NCBI GenBank assembly: GCA_001643675.2
Contig: LSRY02000016.1
Location: 310,001 to 374,000, forward strand
DNA: 64,000 nt
Reading direction: 5' to 3'
Origin: Monocercomonoides exilis PA203
Lineage: Eukaryota > Protista > Preaxostyla
This document shows positions 19,657 through 35,000 of this stretch, in pieces. Made by a program: the position numbers and the translations under genes. Under the pieces are notes generated by a model. It was not told where the DNA came from and did not search any database. It saw only the letters and a list, made by a program, of their open reading frames with translations. How positions within the stretch are numbered: position 1 is the first letter of the stretch; each line of letters begins with the position of its first letter.

Positions 19657-19738
19657 CGCACTGAGCAGGATTTGAACCTACGCGGGATAAACCCAACAGA
19701 TTTCAAGTCTGTCGCCTTAACCACTCGGCCATCAGTGC
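19657..19738 (-). tRNA. tRNA-Ser(TGA), 82 nt, long variable arm, intronless
   Basis: Reverse complement is GCACTGATGGCCGAGTGGTTAAGGCGACAGACTTGAAATCTGTTGGGTTTATCCCGCGTAGGTTCAAATCCTGCTCAGTGCG. Acceptor stem GCACTGA/TCAGTGC, anticodon loop CTTGAAA, G discriminator, internal A and B boxes. Confidence 0.96.
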
Positions 19739-20042
19739 TTGAAGAAAAGAAAATTTGTTCACTGTTTTAAATAATATAAAAAAATACTTTATTAAAAGTG
19801 TAAACAAAATTAATATAAAAAAATCAATTATTTTTTAATTATTGTTTGAAATCACTCCTTATTTTTTATCATAATATTTGCAGATAAAAATTGAGCTTTT
19901 TTTGAAAGATAAACGTAATCCATTTGAAAAAAAAAATAATAGAAATGAAAACAATTTATCATTTTTTATTAATGATCAATATTGATCAAATATATAAAGT
20001 GTTTTTTCCGAAATTGAAAATTAATTTTTTAAAAATCCGCGC

Positions 20043-23000
20043 ATGTCGACACGACAAAATAAACGTTTGCATTATAATATATATTTATTAATTTTTATTT
20101 AAAATTAAATTGTTTTTTGTTTTGGTCAAACAATTTTATTATTTTGATTTATATATATATTTTTTAATTAATGATTCAATTATTTTGATAGTTTTTCAAT
20201 TGCAACAAAATAAAAATTCTGTTAAAAGCAATCAAGATTCTTTAAATACAAAGCAACATGAATTAAAAGTTCAATCCGGAAAAACAACCGAATTTGCAAT
20301 TGAAATTGAAGAAATATCTTCTGACTCTGATGAAGACATTTTAGAAGTTGAATCTTGCAAGAATGAAACAAATGAAACATTGACTAACGAAAGCGGAGAT
20401 TCACTTAAAGAAAATCATATTTCTAAAGCAACAAATGCAAAGAAACGAATGATTCATCATGAACGGCAATTAGATGTTTTTGAAAGACGAATGAATTTAA
20501 TTGCAACAACGTTTGAGTCTCATATCAGAGAAAGATACAAACATTCCATGTTTGGTCCAAATTACTCAAAACCCAAATGTTTGAACATCGTCCCTGCTTC
20601 ATCTGCACAACGATATTATTCAAAAGATTTTTGGTGGAATAAAGAACAAGATATACAAAAATTAATTGAGATGATGATCGATATTAAGCTCTCTTCTCTT
20701 TTTATTTCGAATTCGAATGATTTTTCATTTTCATCGTTGTTTTATCTTGTTAGAAGCAGTTACAATTTTCCTTGGATAGAGCCTGAATTTTTGAATGCGA
20801 AGTTTTGGGGCTGTTCTTCGGTGGAGGAAGTCATTGAAAATATGAGAGATTTATATGGCGTAATTGTGTTAAAAGAAAGCGAAGAGATTACTCAAAGAGG
20901 CTCAATGGACACCCAACAAGGGAATCAAACTGAGAAAAATGGACAAAAAAGAGGAAAACCACCGAGAAAAAAGAAGCTTGAGACAGAAATTCAACAGTTG
21001 AAATTATGGGATGATAAAAAAATAGAATTTGATTTCAACGAAGAAGAAGACAAGACGCTTGACGAAGAGCAAAGGTTGAAAAAGGAACAACTGATGAACA
21101 TCGTGAAAGGCGAAATAAAAGGAGGAGGGAAGAATGCTGCAGTTGATGCGAGACTACGAAAGCAGCAAAGATTTAAGCATAAACATTTCGCAAACCGCAA
21201 TGGAGTCAGCAGAGCTCAAAGGCCGCAGGATTCTTTGGAGAACGATTCATTGAAGAGAGACAGCAATACAAATGAATTTGAGAACGGTGAATTCGAAAAT
21301 TCCACCACAAGCCACACAGAAGATACCACTTTTGGTTCAGCCAATTATTTTGCCACGGGTCCAAGCGCATCCATTTTGAATGAGAAAGATATTTCAACTG
21401 CCATCAACAACTCTGCTGAGGACAACGAAAACAGCGGAACAAAAGATTCAGAGTCAGATTCTGATTCTGATTCGAGCAGCTCAGATTTTCTGTCTTCGAT
21501 TAGCTCGTCTGAAGAGTCGCACAAATCGAACTACAATTCTGCCGATGATGAAGCTAATGACCCACAAACACATTCAAAGAAAGTTGAACAACATTCAACT
21601 GAAACAAACACTTCTTCAAATGTACATCATCCAGCTGCTTCTGCCGATTCTCTTCATATGCCTCTTCCTTCTCTTCCTTCTTCAAAGGACGGGAAAACGC
21701 ACAGACTGCTTTCGGCTAATGATTTACACCGTCCAAAAACAAAAGCCACACCACAAACCAAAAATAAACCATCGGCACAATCTGATTCTGCCTCAAAACA
21801 ACCAAATGCTTCACACAGTTTATTGCCCAATTTTTTACACCTTCCATTTCCAGCCTTCGCTTCACAGAAGCCTTTCCAAGAAACGTATAAATCATTGGCA
21901 CAAAAAACTTCATTTCCTTCAACATCAACTTTAAATTCAACAACAACATCTTCAGCAGCACCAGCACCAGCAACTTCTTCTTCAATCACTTCTTCTTCAT
22001 CCACAGCTCCTTTCCCTTCTTCTCCACAGTCTTTTTCATCTTCAATTTTTCCCACTCCATTTTCTTATCCACCGTCAACATCTTCTCTTTCAATGAATTC
22101 TTTGAATTCTTCTCGTTCTTCTTCATCTGCCATCGGACAAGCCTTTTCGATGCTGTCTTCTGAATCTCCCAACGCTGCTCTTCTTTCCTCTGTCCATTCT
22201 GCTTCTTCTTCTATTTCTCAGCCACACACAGACACAAAAACAACTCACTCTTCTCAAACAAAAACTGAAGCTGATAACACAAACATGCCTGCAAACCAGT
22301 CAAAATTCGATTCCTTTCCTTCTTCTTCCAATTCTCCTTCCAATCTTCCTTCAAACTCTTCTTCCAATTCTTTTTCAGAACAATCATCATCATCATCATC
22401 AACAGCAACACATTCATCTTCCCAACAGAAGCCATCTGAAGTCAATCCAAGTTTGGAGCAGCTGAAAAACACGCTTTTGATGGCAAGTGCACCGAGGCAG
22501 CATCCACGCAGGTCTTTTCTGGCAACATTGGCAAACACCATCTTGCTGTTAATCAAAGTTGGCAATGAACAGAAAGAAAAAGAGACACAGAATTGTCCAT
22601 CGAACAATAAAAACGATTCTTTGTTCTCTTCTCAACAGAGTCAAAATCCACAGTCGTCAGCTGCAAAGCAAACATCTTCTCAAAATGTGTCTTCTTCTTC
22701 TTCTGACGAGTCTGCAAATACTCTGACAACTCAAACACAACCCAATAAGATTGCTGAGGCAACAACTGCATTTCCAATTCCCAGCCAAGCTTCTTCAACA
22801 TCCCCGTCTGAATCGCTCTTTGCTTCAGCATCTCTTTCCCCTTCCTCAACCTCCTCTCCGTTTTCTTCACCTTCACCTTCACATTCACCTTCATCTTCAC
22901 CTTCACTTTCTATTTCTACTACACCTTCTGCTTTTCCTTCTGCTTCTCCAACACCAACATCTCCTTTATCACCATATCACTCATCACCATCATCACCATC

Positions 23001-26000
23001 ACTTCATTCTTCTTCTTCTTCTCCTTCTTTTCTTATTCCTGAGAATCCTCCTCTTTTTGTGTCTTCAACGCCATCTGCTGCGCCTCCTCTGTCTCTGACA
23101 CACACCCTCTTCATTCCCCAGCAGCTGCCTGTATCCACACTCAACGTCGATCTTCTGCTCCCCCCGACTCCTCGCTTGACTCCCTCTCATGCCTCCATCT
23201 TCACTGCCTCCTCTTCTCCTGCTCCTTCCTCTGCTGCTTCTGCTTCCTCATTGCATTCAGCCTCACAAACATCCAGCCAATCTTCCTCTTCTTCCTCAAA
23301 TTCTTCAAATAGCACCACTTCAAATGCAAATTCAACATCAAATTCTGCTGCAGCAAATGACAGAAAAATCGTTGATAATCAAAATACTCTGCAGCAAAAG
23401 ATTTCCACTCAGAAATCTCAAGTGTCCATAGTACCTCATTCCGCTTCAAATACACCCAATCAGTTTGTTTCCAGGCAAAGCCAACAAAATAACCAAGATT
23501 CACTGAGTGTTGCATGGGCATTCAAGCCTTTGTCAGCACCTGCCATACCAACTAAACCAAGTTCTTCGTATTCTTCTTTGCTGAAGCCTGCACTTTCGCT
23601 TCCTCCTCCCCCACCTCCTCCTTCCATCCCTTTTCCTTCTTCATCTTCCATTTCCATTCCCCATTCGTCTTCATCGCTTGCTTCTCCACACAATCCAGCA
23701 AGGCTTGCATCATATTATTCACCAGCACCATCTGCTTCGCCTTCTCCAGTTCAGCCATTTTCTTTGTCGCCTTCACCTTCTCCTTTATCACCTCCACTTT
23801 CTCCATCCACTTCGTATTCTCCTTCTCCTTCTCCTTCGCCTTCGCCTTCATTTCCATTGCAATCCACAGGAAATACTTCCCATTCGTCACAGAAAACATC
23901 TTCGTCACATGCAACTGACTCTTCGTCTGGATCTTCTTCTTCATCTGACTCACCTTCTCCTTCATCGTCTGCCTCACTTCATTCTGTTGAGAAGCCTTCT
24001 TCTCCGCTGCGAGCAGTTTCCTCTGCTCAAACATCACTTCAGTCAGAAAAGCCGAAAGTTGTGCACAAATGGAAAGGAATGTCGAAGAAAGAGAGAGAAA
24101 AAGCGGAGAAGAAGGAGAAAGAGGCTTCGCTGGAGACGAGCACGAACGAAGAAGGGAGAGAAAGAGAGTCTGTTGACGAGCAGCTGCTGAGCGAAGGGTT
24201 TGTGTGTGTCATCGAAGAGACAGCACGCGTCTGGGATCAGTTTCAGATGATGCTGCAGCAGGAGAAGAGGTGCGAGGAGAGAGGGAATACGAAAGATGGG
24301 CTGATGGAGAATGCAAATAGAACAGAAACAGAAAAGAAGGAGAAAGAAGTCGGGCGGAAAGACGAGCAGAAGGGAAAGAGTGAAAAGAAAGAAGAAAATG
24401 AAAAGACTGACGAAACCAAAAACGACTCCAAAAGGGCTAATCATGAAGATGAGCCACATTCCTCTCCTAACATCGTCAGGTCGCTCCGTTCAAGTGGGAA
24501 AAGCTCTTTTTCACTCAGTTCATCGCCTATGCGTTCAGCCACATCTGGCTCTTCTTCGCTGAACTCTCCTGCTTCGCACTCGCCTTCTCCCGTGCTGAGA
24601 GACAGGCGCTCAAACATCCCTTCGAACTTGCTTTCGTATCCTCCTCTGAAAAAGCTCCAGGCGTCGATGGGGCCTTCTTCCATTTCTCGCTTCCACTCAG
24701 CCAAAATATGCCGTCTGGCCAATCCAGCACTTATTTTCCCATTGACTTTGAATGAAAGCGATTATTCTCCATTGAAAGTGATGGTTGAATTTCTGAACAA
24801 AAGAAGAAGTCTGAACTTGTCAAATTGCAACACATTTAGAACATTGCCAATAAATTTAAAAGAAGAAACACTGAGTGTGAAGGACTCACTTTATCAACAA
24901 TCGGAACATGCTACAAATTCAATACATTCACCAGACACAGACACACATTCACTTTCTTCTTTCACCTCGGCTTCTCTCTCAAATTCCGATCCAGCCTTTC
25001 ATTGGACAACATCGCAGTTGCGTGATATTTCCATACGGCGGCATTTGGTTATTGCTTTGCGTGTTGCATTTGGGTCGATGGTTCGCGAGGCAATGGGCGA
25101 ATGTGTGAGGGAGATGCGAACGAAGAGAGAGGACGGAGGGATTGGCTGGGCAATGAAAAGGGTGCTCGGATGGGAAGGGAGAAGAACAAGAAAAAGAAAA
25201 CCAGGAAGCGATGGAGATAAATGGGAGAGTAAAGGTGAGGGCATAAAGGGAGCAAAACGGAAAAACTCAGAATTCGAAGACGGAAAAGAAGAAGAATTAG
25301 TGCAAGCAATATTGCATGAGTTTGATATTTGCAATAGCGCTGCATCAGAAAATATTCAGTTGAACACTTCGAGTGATGCTGAGAGTAACTGGGGAGAAAG
25401 CATACACTTTTTGACAGAGAAGAACAATGAAGAGGACAATTCGATAACAGACAATGATACTTCAGATGGCAACAGCAATAAAACAGATACAAATCAAACT
25501 ATTGAAGACAACACGACACAGTTGGAAGTGAACGATGTGAATGAATCTACTTCTCCTGCTTCAAGTGCAAGTAGTGGAGAAGAATTAACAAAAGCAGAAA
25601 TAAACTCACCACCATCAACTTCTGCCTCTGAGCTTGACTTGCCGCTTTTTAAAAGCAACGATCCCTTTTTGGAGGTGAGAATGGTGACAGAAGAAGCACA
25701 GTCGCAAATGTGGACAACATTTATCAACTTCCTTTTTGATGTTTTGAATCTTATTCTTCTGGAAAGGCAGATGGAAGAAAGAGAAACAGATATTTTATTG
25801 TCTATAAGCGAAAGAAAGGAAAAGGAGTCGCAGCAAAATGAAAAAGATTCACAACAAGAAGATAATACCTCAAAAATCACAAAGGAAGAAGGTAAGACAA
25901 ATAAAGAAGAAGAATCGAACGTGAAAATGGAGATTGAAGATGCTGTTTCATTGCCAATTTCAAATATGACAATTGATCAAAAAGTAGATTCCAAAAATAC

Positions 26001-29000
26001 AATCAATGAACCAAAGAAATTTGAACCAATTAATTTTAATCAGCCTTTTTCTCTATCGAACATTCCTCAGCTGCGTCCTGCACGAACAATTTTCAGTGTT
26101 CCTCTGCATTCAATCAGAGTGGGAAATTTCGTGTTAGCAATTGAAGGTCAATGCATAATTGGTGAGGATGAAAGACCTTTCAAGAAAGAAGAAGAAGATT
26201 CAAATATTTCCTCTTTAAGCAAAACTGACAGTCTTTTGAAGCGAGAAGAGGAAAGCGTCAAACGCAATTTTCAAACCAAAACTGATGCAAATCCTGCCAA
26301 TTCAGAACAAAAGAACTCCTTTGAACAACAAAAAAGCTCATTCCAATATGAACAAAATATTTTGAAGAAGAGTCGTTTGCCTTTCATTCGATTTACGGTT
26401 TCTGTTTCGACAGAGACAAAAGAGCAGCAACAAGATTGGGAAAAATGCGTAACTCTTTTAGCAGCACACAAATGTATCATTGAAAAAAAGAAAAAAGAAG
26501 AAAGTCATTCTGAAAATGAGAATTTACGCAGCAATGATAACACAAAACCAGAAAAGGAAATTGCTAATTCTTTATGTTTTGACTCTTCATTTTCAACAAC
26601 AGTGAAATCAGAACAATTAGATGTACTGGAGAAGACGAATAAGGAAGAAGAAAAGCCGAGAATATCAGAAAATTACTTCACACTAATTAAGGAAGAGGAG
26701 CCAGATCAAACAATTTCTTCATTTCAGGTTACGCTGTTTCTCAGAGATGCATTGTCTCTTTCATCACCTGCTTTTGTGAAATTCTATCAACCTCTTCAAA
26801 CAGTTGTTCTTTCATTGTTTGCAAGTCAATTCAACAACACGTCTTCTGATAGAAATTCTTTTATGAAATCATCAACTTTTGATATTTTCTCAAATAAAAC
26901 TGGTTTCTCAACACTGGAAAATGAAAAGCTAACAAGTGAATTCGGTAGGAATTTATTTAATTCGCTCCAAAATGAGTTGGGAGATAGAGACAATTGGTTG
27001 ACACTGTTGTTTTCTCCCATTCCGGCTCAGCTGAATGAAAACTTAATGTGTTCATTCCAAAGCCATCTCAAAGCAACAGATTGTTCATCTGGAATGAAAT
27101 ACGCCTCGCAGTTCTCTCAGAACATTCAAGAAAGCTGGGCTATTTCTCAAGCTGAATCCTCAAAGCAAAACCAAATAGATTCATCTCTCCTGTCTCACAC
27201 AGGAATCTCATCGTTTTTGCAGTCATCGTCTGCTTATTCGATGCTTCAACAATCTACGAGTGCAACAAGCACTTATACAAATAACTTTTTTGACTCAGCT
27301 TCAGAGCCACAAAAGCTTATGAAGTCACCGTTTAAAACAACAAACTCTCATCTGCATATTCTTCTCTTTTGGCTAGCCACTGTTCCATATCCATATCTTC
27401 CACATTATTATCCCATACTCCTGCTACCAAACGATTGGATGTTATATCTTTTAAATGATTTCCAAAAGAGTTCACAAAAATTATCTGACTCTTCTTATAT
27501 CAACCAGGAAAAATGCTCTGCTGATATTCCATCTCCTCTTTTGCTGCTGACTGCTCCACCTTCGCTTCGATTTTCTCTTTGCCAGCATCTTTCGTTTGAC
27601 TCAGCTGTGATGGCTTCTGAAAACGAGGCAGCTTTGAAAAGCCCAAATGTGCTTTCATCCTTCAACTATTACATGGATCATAATGCTTCTGTTGCAGAGC
27701 AGCTGAAATCTCTTGCACCTTCTCTAATTCGAATAAACGAATCAAACAAAAAAAAGCAGCAAAACTCTGCAAATTCATCCGAACTTCAAAAAGCCAATGG
27801 CCCATCAGGTGCATCCTCTTCAACGTCCAAAACATCTTCACAGAACACGAAAACGGGGCAAGAACGTTCAAACAAACCTGCTGCAATGTCTCTAGCTTCT
27901 TCAGTTACGTTTCCTGTATTGCCATCACCTTCATCTTTAATTCCGTCCTCTTCTCCGTTTTCTTTGAAGTATTATGAATTGTATCCTCAGCATGATTCTC
28001 CAGGTACCCCCATTCCATCTCTTTCACATTCTTCCTCATTCTCATCACCATCTTCTCTTTATACTGCTGCCAGGCCCATTCCAGATCCAATAGCTGCACA
28101 AGCTCAATCACAATTACAAGGGCAGACAACATCTAACTCATCTTCTTTTCCAAATAGAAATTCTTCTGTTTCGTCTGCTTCAAAATCAACAACGCAGTCC
28201 AATGTGTCAAATGAATTAAGAACAGATAATTCAAAACTGCCTTCTTCAATTCAACAAACTTCAACAAAGATTGCACCGCTTTCTTTGGCAAAATCAATTA
28301 CTTTCTTGGAAAGTGACAAAAAGTCAAAAGTTCAAACTGCAGTTTCAGACACTTCTTTGACGAATTTCACTCAGCCATTGAATTCTCCATTGGGTAGTTC
28401 TCAAACATATCAACCAATTTCATCCTCTTCATTTTTCAAGCAGCAAAACAACAATGAGGCAACTTCTATGTCTTCACAAAGTGGACTTGTTAATGCAGCA
28501 TATGCGGAAGTTGAATCAAAACTATCATCAGTTCAGAAACTAGATTCATTTAGTCCAACAACAGATCTTTCACATCCGATTTCATATCACATTCCAGAAG
28601 TGCAACATCACGAAAGCATTCCTCAATCAAACATACCAAAAGTACCTCAACAGGTGAATTCCTCTCCTCTGACGTTTGATCCCCCACTTGTTCCTCACCT
28701 TTCTCTTCTTCCTGGATCGTCTTTGTTCCCAATCATTCTACGCAAAGTACAATCCTTCATCCGCTTGCTTGGCACAGATGGAGATTCTCATGTGACATCA
28801 TATCCATTTGGACCAGGCGCTGCAGATCCGGTTCTGCTGACAGTTAGAGACGTCGAACGGCTGAGGCAAGGAAGATGGCTAAACGATAACATCATTACAT
28901 TTTATATCAGATATCTCATAACAAATGTGTTGAGAGAGGATGAAGATAATGATGAATATATCATGGTTGAAAACAAAAATTCACAAAAGGAGGCAAATGA

Positions 29001-32000
29001 CAGTCAAAATCAGAATTTAAAAGTTGATCCGCAAGATTCTTCACTAAACCTGACAACTGCTCTTGCAACATTGTCACCCAATTTATCAACAACCGAAGCA
29101 AATCCTGGTTACACTTTATTAAAAGTTCCTTTTAAAGCCCCAAAATATAAAGATCGTATTCACGTGTTCAACACGTTCTTTTTCAAGTACATGGATGCAG
29201 AATATAAAAAATGGGAACGTTTTAACAGAGCAGAAAGAAGACTAAATTCTCTCAGATCATTTTCTGCACAGCAGTCAGTTGCAGATGCTGCAACAGCAAC
29301 TTCTGAAAGAGAACACATCCAAGTTTCTGATAGCACAAAAGAGAAGGAAATAAAAACACAACAGGGAGAGCATCCATTTTTATCGCAGTCTTCGTCAAAT
29401 TTGGAAAACAGTTGGCTTTCGAAAAGAGGAGGAAAGCTTCTTATTAATGATACAAGCTACAAGACTTGGAGAAAAAGAAAGCGCAAATTAGTTCAAAGTT
29501 TGAAAAGCTCTGAAAACAAAGAAAAGACAAATGAGAATCAAAGCGATGAACGCCCACCATCTTCCAGTGAATCCTCCTCCTCCTCCTCATCATCTTCTTA
29601 TTCTTCTGGTTCAAACATCGACCAATTTGAGATACCTCCTCCACGTCTTCCATTTATCATACCACTTCCAACAAAAGCAAATAGGAAACGATTCATCGAA
29701 ATGCCAATTGCATCTATCACAGCAAATACGCCAATTGTTGCGTCAATAGAGAAGGTTGATAGCTCAGACTCAACTGAGGCTCAATCTGAGCCATTTAATT
29801 CTGCACCTCCTATCGATGCAGCAAAGAGCGATTCTAATGAAATGGATACTTGTTTGAACGCAAATAGCAATGGTTGCGTTGACATTAAAGTTGATGAAAC
29901 AACAAAAGCACAAAACAAGAGTGAAAATTCAACTGAATCGACTGAATCAACAACAGAGATCAGCAAAAACTTAACGCCAGAAGCAAAACAAACTGAAGAT
30001 TCCAATTCAGAGCTGAAGACATTGCAGCACATCTCTTCATCATTTTTGACTCTTGTCAAGCAACCACCACCTGTTTTGATAGAGAATGAATATCATCCTT
30101 TTGATTTTACAAAATATCGACAAACTTCATTTGCTAAAGGAATAAAATATCCATTTAAACTTCCAAAGGAGTATTTATTGGAATGCAAGGAAGACAATCC
30201 AGAAAGGGCCAGTGAGACGGAAAGCACTTCTATTCATCAATCAAATATTTCAAAGGACAATATTCATGCAGATGATACAGCTGCAACTAAAATTGAATCT
30301 AATGATGCGTCAAACAAAACATCTTCAATTTCAATGGAAATTGAACCATTTGAAGAAAAGCAAAATGATATGGATATTACAACTAAACAGTTATCTGACA
30401 GCCAAAGTGATGGCCAGCCAAACATTGAGCCATCAAGCAATGCATCGGTTGTTTCTTTATCTTCTTCTGCAAATACACATTCTACATCAATGAATAATTC
30501 ATATTCTCTTTCTCGTCCTCTTAGTGAGCGCTCTTCATTGTTCCCTGCATTGTTTATGACTCCTCGACATTTTAATTCATTATTAAACATACCAATTACA
30601 GCACCTCCACCAAATTTATTCCCGGAAGATTACAGTTCGTTTCATTCATCTTCAAATGCTTCTTCATCTTCTCAACTTATGAACACAAGCCATTCTACGG
30701 TTGCTCCTACTCCAATACCACCGTTCATGTACCAGCATTCAGATGGACATCAACAGTTCACTTTTTCGAAAAGTGAAGATAAATGCAGCCATGTCAATTA
30801 CTCTTACCACCCTCCCTTCTTCATCTCTCAGAACTCCTCATTCACTGCGGCGTATAATCGAGTGCGGAATTGGACGAAAAAGAAAGACTTATTCCAGAAT
30901 GACTTTGTTCTGATTCCAATCAATGAAGACAACCACTGGTCACTTGCTGTTGTATGCTATCCTCGGTTGGTATTCGATGGTTCTGTTTGGACTGGGGGAT
31001 TGCGAAAATTGTGGGAAAATGAAGTAAAGAAAAGAGAAATTGACAACGAAATAAAAAGAATAGCAGAAGGAAACAGAAGGAAGCATGTTAGTAGCAAAAG
31101 GGGAAGAAGTGATTCAAATAAAAGAGGAGGAGAAAACAACGAGAGTAATGAAGTTGAAGAATGCACAGTGAAAAACGATAATGTTGATAAAGATATTCTT
31201 CTGCATCGAAATATTGACGAGCAGCTGCATGAGTTACTGGATGAGACAGAATGGGAAATGTATGATATTCGCGGAAAGCTGATGGAAGAGGAGATGTGGA
31301 ACGAGTGGAAAAGAAAAGAGACAAAACATGAAAATGAAATACGGAAAAGAATCAGGAAAATTAAGATTGACGAAGAACTCAGTGAAGAGATGGAAGAAAG
31401 TGAAGCATTTTATAGTTTAGATGAAGTTGACTTTCTGAATTGCGAAACATCTTCTTCAGAGACAGATGATTCTGATGATGCTTCTTCTGACACAACAAAA
31501 AAAGGATACAAAAAAAGTGGAAAGAAAAAAAGAGCTCTTCGTATTTGCAGCGACGATGCCAACAATGGAAATGTGGAGAGTGCTGAAGAAGCGAAAAAGG
31601 ATGTGGAAATTAAACCATTGAAAAAGAAGCCAGATTCTCAGGTTGTGACGCAATACAAGAAGTTAATGCACAAAGCAGATCCTCCACAATTCTTTTTTGT
31701 TGAAGTGTCAATAGATGTGGTGAGATCTACAATTGAACAAATGACAAGTGATTGGCCAAGCAAGACGAATCTGATTGATTCTCAATCAAAAGAAAAAGAA
31801 ATTGAAAAAAGACCAAGCCGAACACGTCTTTCAGACAGCACTTTAAACAGGGAAACAAGATCCCTTCAAAATGCTGATATTCAGTCGAATGCTCCTTTTT
31901 CTTCTCAGATGTCCTCATCTGCGGATGCATCTTCGGAATCAGCCGAATCTGAGCCAGAACATTTTTCCGAGAAAGAGAAATTGCCAAGTTCTCTTTTGAT

Positions 32001-35000
32001 GCCATTAAGTGAGCTGGATGAAAGACTTCTTTATCTTGTGCTTCTTTCTGACAAAGTCTTCATCTCTCTGTTTAAAAGACATTTAACAGAAACAAATATT
32101 ATTGACGCAACAATGAAAAAACGATACAAAAACTTTGAGACAGAACTATATCGAAATCTAAGAGGACAGTTCAACACGGAAGTTGAAATGAATTCGACGC
32201 CAGAAGAAGCAGAAAAAATAAAATTGCAAAGAAGAGAATTTGCCATTTCCGAAACAAAAAAGTTTCATGAACAGTTGCAAAGAGAAGAAATGGAAAAGCT
32301 CTTGAAAACCAAAGGCAAAGCTAAGAAGAACGAAGATGATGAAGAAATGGATAATAACTTCATTGAGAGTGTAAAAAGCGAAGTTTTGGTGAAAGAAGAA
32401 AAGAAAGATTCTTCTGTTGTTGAAGAGAGAAAAGAAAATCTTGATGCAACACTGTTGAACAAAGAAATAAGCGAGACTCAACCAACAATCGAAATTCATC
32501 AAATAAATCCAAACGAAAGTTCTTCGTCTTCATCAAGTCTAACATTCAACAAATCAACAGAAGGGCATCAAAATGAGGATAAAACCAGAAACAAAAGTCC
32601 AAAAAATAATGAAACATCGAAAAAAATTGGAACAAGTATTTCAGTTCGCAAGAGAAAAAAGCCGATAAGAAAAGAAAAAATAAAGCAAGTGCACATTAGC
32701 TATGAAACTCGAAGCCAAGATGAAACATCAAAAAAACATGAGGAGAGAGAGAAAGCTAAGGAAGATAAGGAAGCAGTGCAAACTGAGCTTTTGGATGAAG
32801 AAGATAACAAACAAAACGATAATTTGAACAGCGAATCTTCAACAGAATCAATGGATTCAGATTTATCAAATACACCATTCACTCCTTCGGATTCCTCGAC
32901 GCCAACTGCAAGTTTGTCAAGCGATTCTTTGAAGCAGCACAAATCACCAAAACAAGAAAGCAATACTTTTTGCGGGGAAAATACAACTCTGAAGCAGGAT
33001 GATGCTTGCAAATCTGCATCTACATGGAATTTGAGAAGCAGTGATCCGAATGAAACATCGATGATTATAATAAAAAATATCGAAGAATCTAATTCAAATA
33101 ATCAAGACGAAATTCCAATTATAAGTGTCAGCAATATAGAATCCAATATCGCAGACGAAGATGATGGTACAATTGAAAAAGATGAAGGAAATTTTGTATC
33201 AAAAGTTGAACAGGATATTGATTCAGACCATTCTCCAGAAGCAAATGTAGAAAAAATAGAGTTCATAAAAATTCCGGATTCTACAGGCAACTTCATTCAA
33301 AAACAAATTCAGAATTCCGATTGCATAAAGGCTGAGATAACTAAAGAACCAGAAGACAAACCAGTTTTGAGTATTTTTGAAGATGAAAATAAGAACACAG
33401 AAAAGGAAGTGACAATAATCGAATCTAATACAAGTGAAAATTATGCATCAGGGCAAGAAATTGAAGACAATAATTTAACTTCAACAGTGATTTTGAGCGA
33501 AAATGAATTAAAAATGAAAGACGAATCCATAAAAGTAACTGATAGTCGCGAAGAACAAAAGCAGACATCAATTTTTAGTTTATTACAAGACGATTCCAAT
33601 GAACACAGCTGCGATGCGTTTGATCTTCTTGACGCAAAACCAACTGATCAATCACTTAAAGGCGGAATCTTGACGACTTCGCAGAATGTTCGTCAGAAAA
33701 ATTTTGAAAAGGAAAGTGATTCAAAGTCCTGTCCCATCGAAATTGAAACAGAAGATGAAGATTCTTCAGAGGCATCATCGAATTATGACAAGGGCATAAA
33801 AACTCGAAGCAGATCAGGAAGGAAGAGGAGAACAAAAGACAGGAACTTTCCCTCTGATGTGAACACGCATTCGGATCATGTCGTTCCTCCTAATAGAAGT
33901 TTGGGTGGAGACTCTGATGGTAATTATTCTGAAGAAGAGAGTGAAATGACAGAAAACACACATAAACGAAAGAAAAGTAAGCGAGGCCGTAAACCGAACA
34001 AAGCTAAAGTGCAGAATGAATCACATAATTGCAGATCGATTCCAGAGCCACATGCTTCTCCCAAAAATAAATCTCTTTATACATCCCTGTCTCCTTCAAA
34101 AAAGACAACATCTTCAAATAAATCTGAAAAAGGAATACATTCACCACATTCTATTTGTCGGTCGCCTGCAAGCTCTCCTCTTCTTTCCCCTCACTCTCCA
34201 TTATCACCAATCGTTTCTGGATCAGTTTCTTCTCCTAATTCTCCTCATTCTCCTCATTCACCTGATGCACCTCGTGCTTTGTATCCTCAATACACTCCGC
34301 GCACTCCACGCTCATCTCAAAATACAAGTTCGCCAGCTGGATCTCCACAAACCCCAACTTATTCTCCTCGTCGCGTTTCAAGATCTCCTCGTTATTTAAG
34401 CAGTAACCACTCAATTTCTTTTCGCCATCAACCCGATGATTTCTCGAGTTCAATTCATCACAAGTCATCAATTGGAAACGAAGAATCTCAGCTCACTCTC
34501 CGCCAACGTGCAATGTTAGAAAATAAGCTTACCAAAACCAAAAATTCTGAAAGCAATCACAAATCTAATCCATCTGAACCAATTATTTTAATCGATGATG
34601 AAGAGACAACTCCAGAAAGTCAGGCAAAAACGGTGGAAAAGGCAGAATCTGCTCAAAGAAAGTCTCGTAGAGCCGAGCATCAACATTTCGGTTCACCTCA
34701 AAGCCCGAATCAAGAATTTAATTCTAGCGTTGTGAATGTTGCTGAAGAGCCTTATTCTCCGCGAGAGAAAGGAAACCTGATGAAAACAATAGAACATGAT
34801 AATGATTTTTGCGAAAATTTCGGTGATGATTCGAAAGACGAAATAAATAATATTTCACACGAAATTCGAGAATCTACGGAAGGAGGTGGAAAAAGTGGAT
34901 ATGAGTCAGACGCTGAATTATCAAATGGAGACGATGAAAAAGATCAAATTCAAAATTATGCTTCCAACGACAATATTACATCACATGGAGAAATAGAAGA

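Noticed and set aside
19657-19738. tRNA-Sec or a suppressor tRNA
   Set aside because: The anticodon loop CTTGAAA gives TGA (reads TCA, Ser), not TCA. Standard 7-bp acceptor stem and 82-nt length.
20110-20191. TTG start and hydrophobic N-terminus of the 6031-aa ORF as a signal peptide
   Set aside because: This lies in an AT-rich predicted intron (20065-20191); ATG 20043 splices in frame.
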